From contig NW_018408918.1 in NCBI RefSeq assembly GCF_002113885.1, positions 62,001 through 116,919 on the forward strand: a stretch of 54,919 bases of DNA, read 5' to 3'. The stretch is from Mizuhopecten yessoensis (Eukaryota). The notes under the pieces are model-generated. The model saw only the letters and a list, made by a program, of their open reading frames with translations. It did no database searches and was not told the origin of the DNA. A program made the position numbers and the translations under genes. Position 1 is the first letter of the stretch; the number at the start of each line of letters is the position of its first letter. Below are positions 1 through 13,640 of the stretch, piece after piece.

Positions 1-411
1 AGATTTGCGTAGCATGTTTTCTAATTTTTCAATCTGTCATCAGACATGGCCGTTGTGGCCTGTAATTTATTGACACAATTTAAGGTGTACGCCAAGGTGA
101 TGCAAACTCTCTATGTCTAATTTTGAAAGGTGTATATGGAATTGTACGTTTTTACAAATGCAACATTTGCGACTGCGGAGCATTTTCAGGGAGTTATGGA
201 ACGATCCCCGTTACAATTCAGTCTTCGTCATTCATGTATTATTGCTGTTAATAATTTTGTATGTGTTCTTTCTAATTCTCCAAAGTTTTCAAATACTCAA
301 ACTATTTTAAACTCAAATATGTCAAAGTATATTATTGACTTATATTGTTTTGATTGCATGTTAAAACTACTTATTGTTACAATTTGATTCCATGACATGT
401 TATGGTTGTAG

Positions 412-576
412 TTGCCTGCAGCATTGGGTCGTACTTTAAGCGGAAGTTATCAGTGTGTGTACCGTGCTCAAGAGGGACATATCAGGACCAGGAAGGACAG
501 CATTCCTGTGTGAAGTGTCCCCGACGTATCCCTGGTGTCGGCATCCTTGGAGCTAAAAATGTAATGGAGTGTACAG
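412..576 (+). CDS. SCUBE: SCUBE-like protein, internal exon (Cys-rich GCC2/GCC3, ephrin-receptor-like repeat)
   Basis: tag|TTGCC...ACAG|gtaag, phase 1-1. Translates VACSIGSYFKRKLSVCVPCSRGTYQDQEGQHSCVKCP...MECT. The gene's 5' part lies outside the window. Confidence 0.9.
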
Positions 577-1187
577 GTAAGATGCCGATTGAAAAAGAAG
601 ACACAAAAAGGTTGATACAACATTGTCTTAGAACCATTGCAATATCAAATGAATACGTATAAAATGCTAGCCAATTTGATACTCATACTTGGTTATTGGA
701 ACAATGCTGTTTTACCTGGATTGTTACAGCATTAAACTGCTTTCAATTAGCAATCATAAACAATATAAAAGCCAACTGGACAGAGGCATATTTAATGAAG
801 CGCGTCAGTGCTTCATGTCGGGTTTGGCTCCGTCATGTTGGCATTCATAATGCCTATGAATGCCAACTGGAAGCAGTTTAATGCTTACATTTACCATTTT
901 GTAATCTGTTAATCTCGTAGAAAATCTTATTACACTCATGATTCATATTAAACATTTAGTTCGAATAATTTATTTATCGCATATGCTTATTCAAAGAAGA
1001 AAACAACCATTTATCCAGGGAAGGTCATATGTATCTGAGATAACAATCATGACGTCATAGGAATGATGACGTGTAAAATCGGCTAATGGCTTTCATAATA
1101 CATAAGAATGCCATCTTAAGTTAGTAGGGTTATAACCTACATCGTGATATGTATCTTTGATCGCTGTGTTTACCTATAATGTTACAG

Positions 1188-1355
1188 TATTATGTGAGCC
1201 CGGAACTTTCTCCCATGATGGCCTCAAACCCTGTACTCCTTGCCAAGCAGGAACGTACGGACCGGAATACGGACGCACATCCTGTTTCCCATGCGGAGGA
1301 GGATTGACCACAAATGGCAATGGCGCTTCCACATTTGCGGAATGTTCTCCAAGAG
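1188..1355 (+). CDS. SCUBE: SCUBE-like protein, internal exon (Cys-rich repeat)
   Basis: cag|TATTA...AGAG|gttcat, phase 1-1. [40 protein letters not shown] matches the vertebrate SCUBE motif [12 protein letters not shown]. Confidence 0.93.
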
Positions 1356-1734
1356 GTTCATTTGTTAATAACCCACATCAATTTGTGAACAATTTCTACT
1401 AATATACCCCCTTTTATGCTGTATATGGTATATATTATCATGTGAATAATATATTATATGTAATACTTTGATATACTTTTTTTTTACCAAATTGTAGGCA
1501 GAGTATTAAATATATTATTCGTGTTGTTTTGTAGGGACCTACTTTATTATGAACAAGTGTTAATAAGTGTATTGATACCTAGCGGCACGTTTTAAATCAG
1601 TCATCTAGTTTTGTAATTATAAAGTAGCACGATAACGGTCGTCAACTTCCAATGATTGATTTGAAATGTTGTTGCATTTTATGAATGTTCATGGTGTTAC
1701 AATATGTTAACATTTTGCGTTTATGTAATTGTAG

Positions 1735-1896
1735 TTACGTGCTCCCCTGGTCATTTCTATAATGTCCAGACCCACACGTGCCAGCAATGTCCAGTTGCAA
1801 GCTATCAGCCTGATTCGGGCCAAACCTTTTGCAACGCATGCCCAGGCTCCACCATCACGGATTCCCCAGCAACGACCAACAGTTCCGAATGTAAAG
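1735..1896 (+). CDS. SCUBE: SCUBE-like protein, internal exon (Cys-rich repeat)
   Basis: tag|TTACG...AAAG|gttcgt, phase 1-1. VTCSPGHFYNVQTHTCQQCPVASYQPDSGQ matches SCUBE CSPGHFYN. Confidence 0.93.
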
Positions 1897-2187
1897 GTTC
1901 GTTCGAACAGATTTAAAGTATACTCTTGGTATGAAAAGATCAAAACGAGCCGCATTAACAGCATCAAGTTCTATATTTATGTATTTCTCGATGTACTTTA
2001 CTATGGTATTTATTAGCATTATTTTTTCATTTTCAAGTGTGTATTGCAAATGACAGTTGTTAACTTTCCCTTTCTTGCGAGTAGCATCCCTATTCCCCGT
2101 CAAATGTTCCTAAAATGTCTCAATTGATTTGGTATTAAAGAGCTTGCTATTAACTTGACTTTTGCCACAACTACAGCGTATATCTAA

Positions 2188-2402
2188 TACTGTAAAAAAT
2201 GGAAATTTTACGATCTGGATTTGTTCACGTTTTTCTCATTGAGTAAGCACGAATTTATCTACAGGCGGATTTTTTTTATTAAAAGATTATATGAATTTAG
2301 GACATGTTGAATGTTTAGAATTCTGACCATCGCCAACTAAAAGATTCCTCACTGCGTTCAGTTTAAAGAGTCGTATCGAAAACATTTTCCACTCTTACAG
2401 TA
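2188..2402. mobile_element. TA-flanked MITE (Tc1/mariner-type non-autonomous), intronic
   Basis: TA|ctgtaaaaaatggaaat ... tttccactcttacag|TA: imperfect terminal inverted repeats with a TA duplication. Confidence 0.55.
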
Positions 2403-2444
2403 ACTGGAAGTGACATATTAACCTAATTATATGGCATGTTACAG

Positions 2445-2642
2445 ATGCAACGTGCGGGGGTACGATTGGTCGGTTACAGGGATTCATACAGAGTCCTAAC
2501 TATCCTGGGCATTACCCCAACGATATTGAATGTGTGTGGAGGATTAAACCTAGTAAAAAACGCCGGATACTCGTCATCATACCAGAGGTATTTCTGCCGA
2601 GAGAAGACCAATGTGGCGACAGCCTCGTTATGAGAAAGTCAA
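2445..2642 (+). CDS. SCUBE: SCUBE-like protein, CUB domain exon 1
   Basis: cag|ATGCA...TCAA|gtaagt. The true frame (not the ORF-track frame) reads [63 protein letters not shown], the SCUBE CUB domain. Confidence 0.95.
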
Positions 2643-3304
2643 GTAAGTTTTTCAGCTTCTTACTGCTATAAACATGGTCCCTGACCTAATCTGTCAAAAC
2701 AAAAGGGTCTTCATCTAATTCTAAAATAAACATGACATGGTCCTTACCAGGTGGAAGTAACAAGTAGCGTAGCCAGCGGCACAACAAAACAAAAATGTTT
2801 AACATCAACATAGTACTTTAGGTCATTCCGAATACCACAGTCAAATATGGTCCTACGGACCAATTTAACTCATTTTATTACATTTTTGACAGTGAAATAT
2901 CAGATTCTATCAACTTGATAAAACTGATATCTTTCACACTGCGACAAATATCAAAAGTGATATTTTCACAGCTGCGCACTCGTGAAAAATATCAAAATAT
3001 AGGCCACACTCGTGAAATATATTTGTTATTACTGACACCATTACATATTCTCTATATAATCTTAATCAACAACACAGTATGTTCTTTGTAAACAACATAA
3101 AGTTTTATGATATTAAAAAAACACCTCAGTATGGTCCTTAAAAACATCCTTAAATTTCATTTCAATCATCACGAATAACACAACGTTATAATGTATTATG
3201 ATTATGACAAATGTCATTAGAAAACTGCAGTTTTGCCTCTCATTACTTGTCACTAAATAACAAATATGAAATAATAAGTTTTATCAACTTATATCAATGC
3301 AAGT

Positions 3305-3478
3305 TGATGGCCCGGATGGAAGCGCACGGGAGGTCTGTATGTGGGAGGATACTGGAGTACCCCTAAAAAACCCACGTGGCCCGCAGATAACCTTCAACTT
3401 TTCACAATAAATCCTGAATCAAAACCCGTTCGTCATGGTGAATGGCGAGTGCGCTTTCCACTACACCACCAACCACCT
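3305..3478 (-). mobile_element. tRNA-derived SINE fragment (V-domain/RUDI-like)
   Basis: The minus strand begins ggtggttggtggtgtagtgg (A box) ... gggttttgattc (B-box-like). The plus strand has ggagtaccc...aaaacccac, typical of V-SINEs. Confidence 0.55.
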
Positions 3479-3550
3479 ATTAACCTGGTAATATGATTAT
3501 GTGAACATACACATGTTTATAATATCAGTAATGTTATTATGTTGTTACAG

Positions 3551-3703
3551 AGAAGGCGTCGTCATTGACAACGTATGAGGCGTGCGAGAGTACCGAGAAG
3601 CCGATAGCATTTACCTCACAAACGCACAGACTTTGGATTAAGTTTAAATCAGACGGTCAGAACTCGGCAGCCGGATTCTCCATTCCATTCGTTACATATA
3701 ATG
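3551..3703 (+). CDS. SCUBE: SCUBE-like protein, CUB domain exon 2
   Basis: cag|AGAAG...AATG|gtagg. TTYEACESTEKPIAFTSQTHRLWIKFKSDGQNSAAGFSIPFVTYN. Confidence 0.95.
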
Positions 3704-4152
3704 GTAGGTATCCGCATTGGCACAATCTGGGGCCCGTCTTGAATCATCCAGAAAAAAATTGCTGCGAAACGTCTTTTAAGCTCATTGCTCTTTGTGCTTT
3801 CATATATCAGGTTATTTACGCGTCATCCATTTGGCGAGTTTGTTCGAAATCCAAACATATGACGTAAGCCAGGCTAGATTCAAACCTTGGCCCTTGATCG
3901 CTTACCAACTGTGCTACCTACCTAACAGCGGAAGTTCCCTGACCCATAACCTCTCCATTTATATCCAAAACGAAATTAAGGGCAGGTAATTACTGTATTA
4001 TGAAACCCTACAGAGGACTCGAGTATTTTGCCTGCAGCGTGAAAATATCCGTAACTTATACGACATTAATTATCTTCGTACACAAAAAAGTAAGACACAT
4101 ACGGATTTTCATTTTTGTATGTATTATATTTTTTCTGTTGATATTTTACCAG

Positions 4153-4232
4153 AGGATTACCAGCAATTAATAGAGGATATAGTCCGAGACGGAAGGCTGT
4201 ATGATTCCTACCAGCACCAGTCGATTCTCAAG
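4153..4232 (+). CDS. SCUBE: SCUBE-like protein, penultimate exon
   Basis: cag|AGGAT...CAAG|gtcagt. [27 protein letters not shown], a near-identical SCUBE C-terminal signature. Confidence 0.95.
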
Positions 4233-4554
4233 GTCAGTTAAACACATATATCCTACTGGTAAATACATTAGTTTTACAAATTACGTATGTTTGATAAAGC
4301 TACTAAACTTAGCAGCCTATACTACTGACGAACAGAAGGAATCATCCAACTTTTAAACTACTTTACTGCTTTCATTGCATTTAACATGCCTTTCAATTTT
4401 ATTATATTCTATAACTGAATAAGCATACGTAAAATTACATAAAAAACTATAATTCTTGATCTTGATGGGGTTTTACACTGCTTAAAAGACTGTTAACAGT
4501 AATTGACTCTCTATAAAAAATATCTAAAGCACTTAAAACAAATCATTCATAATA

Positions 4555-4557
<3 letters not shown>

Positions 4558-4585
<28 letters not shown>
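4558..4585. repeat. poly(A) tract
   Basis: About 28 consecutive A. Confidence 0.9.
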
Positions 4586-4587
<2 letters not shown>

Positions 4588-5022
4588 ACCAATATCCAAT
4601 TGTAGAGGCAACACTCGTTATGAACACAACGATAGGTGTAACCAAACATTTTTTAATTGGAGACAGGACCCACCTGGCTTTTAATCATTTACCTTATCCT
4701 ATGCATTGAAATGTATTCTAGAAGTAAAGCAACGTCTAGATTAAATATTTGTTGCTAACGCTATACCTAATGCAAAAAGGTCGAAAACGAGCGAAGACCA
4801 CATATATTTATTGAGATATAGATGTTAATGTTGATGAAATTGGTCCAATCTGTTGATATGTTAAGGAAAGCGAACAAAGACTTTTGTTTGTGGGTGTGTG
4901 ATATTTATTCTCAATACGAGACAGTAAACCCTCTTAATATCCTTTACATTTTTAATCTAGATGCTCTGTTGCATAACTTCACCATTTATTGTCCTAAAAT
5001 GTTTAGTCTGTTCTGTTGACAG

Positions 5023-5166
5023 GACAGAAAGATGCTGAGTGTACTGATGGAGGTGATAGCCCAACCTTACCACTACTTCAAATACGCTAACGCGTCTCGC
5101 ACGATGATGCCAGAGTCTTTTATAAAACTTTTGACATCTAAGGTTACTCGGTTCCTGAGCACCTAA
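5023..5166 (+). CDS. SCUBE: SCUBE-like protein, terminal coding exon
   Basis: cag|GACAGA...ACC TAA, phase 0. DRKMLSVLMEVIAQPYHYFKY...SFIKLLTSKVTRFLST*, matching the SCUBE C-terminus. Confidence 0.95.
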   Translation, partial: DRKMLSVLMEVIAQPYHYFKYANASRTMMPESFIKLLTSKVTRFLST

Positions 5167-7714
5167 TTGCTCACAGATTAAATACGTGCTGTAGTGTCGT
5201 TTGTACGGGATAAAGACCTACAATTATAACAGGAGAGGCAGGTACCGCTTTACGAGTCGCAAGAATCGAGGAAGGTACCAAGGTGAAAGTCGCAGGATGT
5301 GAGGATTGGAAAGTACCACTTTGGGAATCACGATCGGTGAGGGAAAGGTACCACTTTGGGACTAGTTACCATGAAGACATTTGTTCACTTTGTGTATATG
5401 GATCAGGACTTAATAAAGACATCGAGTTGCTTTCTTTAAAAAGATAATTTGGAAGAGGAGGTTCCGAACGTGATGTGGTAGTTCGTTTGAGGATTTTTTG
5501 TTGGATCTTCCTTTCCATGATGTAAATACTCGTACCTTCTAAAGGATATGTCAGTCGATTGATGTTGTAACAGGCGACTCCGTGGAGACAGAGTAGATCA
5601 AAATTTGTTAATATATACCGAAACCGCACTTTGTAAGACAAAGGAAGGTTTTATACGTGTTGTTTACCGATTGTAGGTTATAAACCAGTAACCAGGATGG
5701 TTTGGAAGATGTATCAATGGAGAACATGTTTCATTCGTCAAATCTGTTTAACAACGTATTTCTTTGGACGATATCTATCACCATGGAAACAAGAAAGTTG
5801 TAATTGATTGCAGTCAGATGGACGAAGTGCAATAATTTGTTGTGTTGTGTTGGACCGAAGCGAAGACTCTGATGGCCGTGCACGTCCCTCTAGAACTGTT
5901 CTTTATGGATCGATTGGATCTATGAATTGGTTTGCTCTATGCCATTACAAAGTGCTGCATATAAAGATGCTCTAGAATATTGCTTTTAACAAACATAGTG
6001 TTTTGAAATAGTTATATAACAAAGAATTATGGTTTTTGGATGAACTCGTCAAGACATCAATCTACAGACTATTTCTCTTCTGATGTACAACGTAGTAACA
6101 CAATAGATATTTGTGTAGTGTATTTACAACAAAGAAGTATATGTGTGCTAGTTCTGTACTAGAAACGTAAGATGCTAATTTTCCAATGTTAACTACAATT
6201 TCGGTTTTGCGTAACCTAATAACGTTTCCTCATTACAATGGATATGAGAAGGATGCATATATTGAGAAGAAAATTAACTCAAATCATAAAGTAACAATAT
6301 TGGTTATTTTACAGCGAAGATTTTTATTCTCCTACAGGGCCATCATTATTTGGATTTTCTCTTTTTCTAACAATTTTTGCTATCATTAAGATTCATGACA
6401 AGTTACATGTTGATATTCCGAAAGATCACATTCAGACAAACCACGTGATAAACAGTTTAAAAAAGTCGTGATGAAAAATATTTTAGCGCAATATGAGGAT
6501 ATGTGGTTAGCTATTGGTCAATATATCAGGTTTTTGAAGAGGTTTTTAAAGAAAAAGCCTTAAAGGTAAGTATGATAACGATCATGTCATTTTAATTCTT
6601 TATTTGTTTTGATAATGATGAATCAAAACATTGAAAGCTTAAACACAAAGGCGTTGTTCTGTTTCTTAGGTTCAAGTATAATATGATCAAATTCGCGACG
6701 TTTTATCTAGACTTTGCACCCTAAACGCATTTAAGATTTTCAGAATTATGTATGTTTAATTTTTTTATACATATATTCAAAACTCAAGCTGCACAAATCT
6801 GGGTAAATATTGGTATACATGTTAGAAACATCTCTTTTGTCAGAAAAGAGACCGTAATGGCGGCAGTTCATACACGGTTGGGTTGTTTTGAATTGCGTTT
6901 ACGCTTTCCTAGATTGGATTAGCCATATCATATCGAACTCGAGGTATTTGTTGTATTGTTTTAATTTATTTCACTTTTGTGAGTTGAACTTTCAGTGTTA
7001 AATGTTAACAAATAGGTGTAATTTTTGTATCATTATATCATTGCTATGCTGCGTCATTTGCTGTTTTTTTCTAATTTATGTGCATATACTATATATGTGT
7101 ATATTTTGAATATAGACTAACTGTATACTGCTCCTACAGAAAAAAAACTGAGAATACGTTTTTATTATACGTTTATTATTCTGCTTACGGGATACACACT
7201 ACTGTTGTCAGGTAAGCTTTTTATCAATAAATGTTTTGGTAGCCAATGACTAAAATAATAATTTATAATCGTCAACATTTGTATACAGTTTAAAATTACC
7301 GCCACATGTAATGTCCACAATGAAGGTAGAATAGAGAAATTTTAACGTTTGAACTAAATATCTTCTGTGTTGAGGTAAAGCCAGTTTCTGTTGTTTTCAT
7401 TCATTAATTTTAACTTATGTATTTCTGTTTGTATACATATTATGTGCATATATAGAGAGATATTTAATATTGTTAGATATGTATGCTATCACTGTGGTAC
7501 AACAGGAGCAGTTATGGTCAAAATGGCCATGACTTGTACAAATTAACATTTATTTCCTTTAGGTGCTTTCCAAGTAGTAGGTAGAAAACTAAGGCGTCAA
7601 TAATAGTGCGTTGTTTATGGTTATGTAATAAACATGTAACTATGTCGCATCGACTTAATGTAAATCCTTGAGATAGAAATTTCATATTCAAAATGACATA
7701 AACCTACTCTTCAT

Positions 7715-7720
7715 AATAAA
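7715..7720 (+). promoter_or_regulatory. candidate SCUBE polyadenylation signal
   Basis: AATAAA followed by a T/GT-rich tract; alternative AATAAA sites at ~7226 and ~7627. Confidence 0.3.
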
Positions 7721-7912
7721 TGCTTGTCAAGAGTTTAATATTGTTTTTGTTTATATTTATCTATTTATCGGAAATGAGTTATTTCTTTGATTGGTATTAT
7801 CATAAGTCAGTTTGTTATCGCATCACATGTTGACAAAGCGTAAATTCTGTCTACCGCTTGATAGGTTGCCTGTTTTTTGGTTTTTTTTATTGTTTCTATT
7901 TCTGTTCTTGGT

Positions 7913-8100
7913 ATTCCGTCTTTGCGTATTGCAGAGTTGTCTTCTCTTGTGAGCAGGGATTGATTGTTACGTCATTGGTTTGTGTGAGAAAATTACGTCG
8001 TTTTCTCAGAAATTGATGACGTTACTCTCACAAACAAATGACGTAACAATCAATACCTGCTCACAAGAGAAGATAAATCTGCAATACGAAAAGACGGAAT
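7913..8100. mobile_element. palindromic foldback MITE (~190 bp)
   Basis: attccgtctttgcgtattgcagagttgtcttctcttgtgagcagg... pairs with ...cctgctcacaagagaagataaatctgcaatacgaaaagacggaat; arms of roughly 70-80 bp. Confidence 0.8.
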
Positions 8101-10751
8101 TGTAAGTCTTCGAAGTTTGCTTTAACCTTGATGGTAACAGTTATCTCTTTTGAATATTAGCATGGTTTATAATCTACACACTTCACAAGTATTTAATTAA
8201 AAATTTAATTAAATTTAAATTCATAAATTAAGAGTTTTACGCACGTACCCCTCTGTTTCAACAGTAGTTAAGGCAATTAGGATATCAAACGTTTTTAGCC
8301 CTAGCATCATTGCCATATGATGCCGTGAGGTACCAACAAGAAAAACTATATTATAACCTTTGTCACTATTCGAAATATCTGTTTAAGTCCTTCTAAAAAG
8401 AAATATTCCATAAAAACTACTTGTCGTCATGCATTTTACAGAATTATGCTTGTTCGTGATATTTTGGGGGAAACTACAAATCAACCACAACATGTAGGGC
8501 TCGAACTTCGGACCTTATCATTGAAAATTGTACACTCTTACAACTGTGTGGTATCGATGAACATATATCTACAATATCTATAAAGTATAATCTAATGTAT
8601 CAGATGTAACATATTTTCTATATGATGAGGGTTTTTTGGAGCCTTCCTTCCTATCTTAAGTGCGAGAAAGTTAGCCCTCATATATTGCTATGGACGGGTT
8701 AACCGCTGACAAATGTAATGAATAGCGATTCGATTAATCTCCATTAAATAAATAATAATTTGAGAATATGCTGTAAGCTACAGTGTTGTTAACAAACAAT
8801 GCATGTACCTATCAAGGTTATATTTGAACAAAGTCTGATATTTAAGAATTATAACTAGTTTTAAATACCAAAACCAATGATTAAATATAATTGATGTGGT
8901 TGTGTATTCAGACAAGTGAAAAAGATCGTGTTGATTCTCAGGGGAACTATCTTACATGCGTATATTATTTATATTGTCTGATATAACCATTTCTAGCATT
9001 TCATTAACTAGGTTATGAGGTATGTTAGGGTGAATTTGTCATTGTATAAGACTATTTAGAGGTAGGCAACTGTTACAGTTCTAGAAATATTTGAAAAATC
9101 GTAAAGTATTGACATTTAACGGGTTAGATACCTTATGCACATGTCCCAAAACCTAACAAGTTATCTCCCCTTTGCTGTTAAATCCGGGTTTATGGCATAT
9201 TAGATAGTAAAGCTTTTGGCCACTGGTTCCTTTTTGTAAAACAGCAGTAAACATAGAAATAAAAAGGTTAAAAAGCTTACCTCTCTCAGCCTTTAATCAT
9301 ACTGAACTTTAATGCTTAGGAATAATTATACATTATTTGAAGTGCATAAATGGCCTATGGGAGCTATGAGATAATGAATCCACCTGTCGTTTGTCTGTAA
9401 GCTGACATGTTTAAGCTGTTGCCTAATCTTAGCGTTTTTCGCACTTAAAATATTGCGCTAAATTATGAGTGCGAATATAATGTTTATTGTTTTCTATTGT
9501 ATATAATGCCGATCCGCGAATTATCTGTATAAATCGATAATGCGGTAAAATTTGAGTACTCTTAAATACGTATGTTAACAGTGTGTGGTTATATACTTAT
9601 AATTTCAGTTAAAGTATATAGTTCATTTATTATTGAGACAATGACGTTATCAAACCAAAGAAAAAAACTTATGTGTAACAAACACTTTTTACCATTACTA
9701 ATATGACATTTTTATTATGAAATGAGAATACATATTTCTTGAAATTGAACAAAGAAATGCGGTAGGAACAAGCTGTTGTAAAATCTTGTGGTGAGGAATG
9801 ACACCACCCTTATCAAGTAATGGATAATCGTGGTCTGTTATATCATCATGTGTCTAGTTGTAATATGTTATGGCTAGCGACATTTGTTATAGCCCGTTAA
9901 GACGTCTATAGGCTAGAAATGCCCTCATGTAGTCTACAATGTATAACGGCGTCTTCAGGCCGTAACAGAAAAATGTAATGTAATGTTAAAACACTTTTAA
10001 AGCAAGTGATTTCGATTCTGTATTACATGAAATGTTCGTTGATTTTGGGGAAGCTTTGCAAACGCGAACATAAACACAACGAAAAATAAGTGATATACTT
10101 GATTACATGAGTTATCCACGAATGCTTGTACCACGAAGTGATCTTAATAGCTTGAAACCACGAAGGGAAGTACCCACCACTATTTCATGTTATTCAGCAA
10201 CTCTTAATGTAGATAACAGGTTTGTGGATGAACATATCATTATTCTCACCGTACATCAAGTTATTCAGTCGAAATATTAAGTTTGCGAAAGGGTTATAAA
10301 TTCGTGTTCGATTTTTCGCATTTTCGTCTCCATGTTAAGCTTATGACTTAGGTTAGTGGCATGTGATAAGAAGTTAACGTTTTATTTTCGCAGTATCGTT
10401 TTCGAATAAAGCGAAAATTATACACTCGCACAAACCTGCCAAATATACGTATGCACTGCATTAGCTTTCATTACTGGACGACTAGCGATCACATTCACGT
10501 GAATACGAAACACATAAGCATGAAATATTCTGCCACGTGAACTGAATTCCTTTAATATGAGTGGAAGTAGGTTCACACAGCTCTAATTTTTCAAACGTCA
10601 TTTTTTTTAAAACTACTGTTATTGTATTACGTATTTGTGCTTACAAAGTAATATTCATTGTATCATTATCTTCCGTAATTCATTTAATTTTGTCGCAAGA
10701 GTCATGAGCACATCTTAGTATAATGCACCACATTTACATATCTGGGATGAA

Positions 10752-10930
10752 AAACACTATCTCTGAGCTGAATATTTACGAACACTTTCTCCATGGCCAG
10801 TTGTAAACACGGGACACAACTAACAAGCTTGCACTGCCGCGATTTTTTCTGTGAGATATAAACACTCTCTCTTCTGAGCTGAACTTTTACGAACACTTAT
10901 TCCATGGCCAGTTGCACACACAGGGACACA
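10752..10930. repeat. imperfect tandem duplication (2 copies, ~110 bp apart)
   Basis: aaacact(a/c)tct..ctgagctgaa..tttacgaacactt..tccatggccagttg..acac..gggacaca occurs twice. Confidence 0.7.
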
Positions 10931-11383
10931 TCTTACATTCGAGATGGATACATTTATCTTTCTAGCATGCACTACCTCAATTTATACATCTAGGCTTGGT
11001 ATTATTCGTAAACAGTATCCTTGGCCATTTGCACAAACAGGATGCATCTTATAAACATGCGATACTTCGTATTTTATTTCTAAGCGGCAAAATCGTGAAC
11101 ATGAATCATATCTCCAATGTCAGGTGCACACACAGGCGCTCACCTTACACGCATGCTCTACTCTCCATGATTAGCTTTACATTGAAACATTTCTCGGACC
11201 ATGTAGGGTACATTCCAAAATGTCAAAAAAATGAATCAAGTGAACCCACCTATATTTAATCTTGCTTATTTTAACTTCTACCAGCAAGCACTTGTGTTCT
11301 GGGTTTTTTTAAAGACATAGTAACGCGGATGTCACTCTGTCATTCATAAAATTGTCTCAGCAAATATGTGCACGATATATCCG

Positions 11384-11452
11384 TTACGTGCGAGCACTTC
11401 CGACACGTATACCTCTTGTGAATATTCTTCGTCTAGGGCTTCCTACAGAAGA
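11384..11452 (-). CDS. candidate terminal exon of orphan Ser/Arg-rich gene
   Basis: tgtttcag|TCT TCT GTA GGA...ACG TAA = SSVGSPRRRIFTRGIRVGSART*, in phase with exon 11911-11960. Confidence 0.3.
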   Translation of the reverse strand, partial: SSVGSPRRRIFTRGIRVGSART

Positions 11453-11910
11453 CTGAAACAAGAGGAGATAACTCTTGAGTACCACAAGCACATATAATGT
11501 AATGTTTGCTCTTTTCAAATATTAGATTGAAAGTTCATCTTTGTTAGTTGATAAATAGTTCATGTGTAAAACAACATAAGAATCCACAACCTCAGCAAAA
11601 GCAAAAACTATTACTTTAAATATGAGGTCACTTTTTGTGCGTCTTTGGATTCCAAGACAGGAATAAAACAGCGGGAAATATCGTTTGAATTCAACGACAC
11701 ATTCAAGGTACTATTTACTGTCTGAGCTATAACTATTACAGTAAAACTATAGGCTAGCTTCTTTTGTCCTTTTTAATGCATTACGAAGTAATAAAATTGA
11801 AATGATTTTCAAAGAGAGGTGAACACACGTAATTCATCAATGATTCATGTAACAGAACCAGATACAAATTAGTGTATTCTTCTTTATTTCTTTTGATCAT
11901 TCGTACTTAC

Positions 11911-11960
11911 CCTAAACAATTGTCGGCTAGCATCGTTGTTGTTTGTCCGATAGGCATCAT
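11911..11960 (-). CDS. candidate 50-nt internal exon of orphan gene
   Basis: ttttgtttcgacag|AT GAT GCC...TTT AGG|gtaagt; phase 1 to 0; DAYRTNNNDASRQLFR. Confidence 0.35.
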
Positions 11961-12792
11961 CTGTCGAAACAAAACCATAAACGTAATTCCCAATCAGAAA
12001 ATTATAACACCTTCTCCTTACATAAGGTCAATGTTTTCCCAAAAGATCACAGTAATAGCAATAAGAAAAAGCTTAACGTTTCATTTTAAAGAATCTTTAA
12101 ATCAAATTATCTTCAAGGATGATCGTCGCCATGTTTAACGGTCATGGCATATTTACTACAAACTGGTTTTATGATTACATCATATGTCAAGGATTTAAAA
12201 AATGAACTAATTACTTATTGTTTCGACGTACATATTTTAATTTAAGTGAATGTGATTGCATGTTATATTCTCTTAAGAGATTATTGGTAACGAGGTTTCC
12301 TATATACCCGATATTTGAAAGAAAAAATGTCTTTTTTTCCATCACTCATTTTTATATTTTAGCAGAAATCGTATGGTCTTTCAAAAGTTTTGCAGGCGAT
12401 TTAAAAAATAATAATTAGTTTTTCTGTGGATTTGTTACAAACCACCCGGGAAACATTTTATTTAAATAAAAAAACAACAAAAAAACAACAACATACAAAC
12501 AAACAAAAACATGATTGAAAAGTCTTCCATCTTTAAGTTTAATGAGTTTCACCATTACTTGCATTATCATATCAAACAATACGCATGTTGCTGTTAAAAT
12601 TCACAACTTTAAAACCAAGTTCAAATACTTTGACAGGGAAATTGACTCTTAGTCTTTTTTATGATCCGTTTTATATTCAGAAAAGCGAATATTCATCGAA
12701 ATTTGGAAAGCAACGGAAAAAGTAAAATATGGAAAATATGTTTTTTCAAATATACGAACTTTAAAGTAAAAATGCTTGGCAAAAGTGCTTAC

Positions 12793-12844
12793 TTGCAACG
12801 GACCGTACAGTAGACTTCGGTGTAAGCGTCTGTCTGAAGTTGAA
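12793..12844 (-). other. candidate 52-nt exon of the same transcript
   Basis: Long polypyrimidine tract + tttcag acceptor and gtaagc donor; open in phase 0 (FNFRQTLTPKSTVRSVA). Confidence 0.35.
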
Positions 12845-12903
12845 CTGAAATTTAAAAAAGAAAAAAAAAACATGAAATATCAGAGGTACTGAAACAAACT
12901 TAC

Positions 12904-13226
12904 GCGTAAATAAGAGCGTTTATATAAACTAGTTCATTGTCCATTAAGTCCGTCGCTACCCTTAATTGAGTTATGTCGCAAATAGAAAAAGTCACAATTG
13001 CACGTTCTTGAGTTATTAACAGTTTATCGGCATCACGCCCTACTGAAGATTATAGGTTTAGGATTACAGACAGTACCCGAACTGTCTTCTGGTTGTAGTC
13101 AAAATGTCTGCCGGTATCATTCTAATTGTTTCCCTATTGTGGCCAGTATCTCCAAGTGTATATAAAGTGCCTCCCTCTCCTCCACAGCTTATCTCGCTTT
13201 TGTATCTCACGACTCTGGATATTTCC
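12904..13226 (-). other. candidate exon with stops in all frames (3' UTR or poison exon)
   Basis: ttttag acceptor and gtaagt donor; splicing from 14182 gives ...GKYPES*. Confidence 0.3.
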
Positions 13227-13244
13227 CTAAAATTGTTTCCAGGA

Positions 13245-13640
13245 TTAGTTTGGTTTGGTTGTAATTTGTTTAACGTCCTATTAACAGCTAAGGTAAATTA
13301 ATGACGTGCCTCCATGTGTGTAATGTATGCATGCTTGAGAGTATGTGTGCTGGAGGCGGGGCATGCAGATGTATTTGCCTCCTTGCGATAATGCTGATCT
13401 GATGCCAACTTTAATGTTCTACATCACTGAAATACCAGGCCGAAGGCACCCAGTACAGTATTCCACCCGGTCACATAATAATAACAACGGATAAACCAGT
13501 TGCTGTGATAACCCTAAATGCTAAACGTGAAGCAGGGATTAACAACTACCATTTAAAGACTTTGATACATTGTATGTACCGGCCTGGGGACAGAACCCAT
13601 AGCCTACCGAACCTGGGCAAATGCTCACCACTAATGCCAG
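13245..13640 (-). mobile_element. tRNA-derived SINE, Meta-domain type, with (AAACC)n tail
   Basis: The plus strand has gtttggtttggtt tail, ccacccggtcacataataataacaacggataaaccagt...ctaaatgctaaacgtgaagcagg core and a ggggacagaaccc B-box remnant. Confidence 0.65.

Noticed and set aside
2436-2633. ORF-track 65-aa peptide
   Set aside because: Wrong frame; the real exon 2445-2642 encodes the SCUBE CUB domain.
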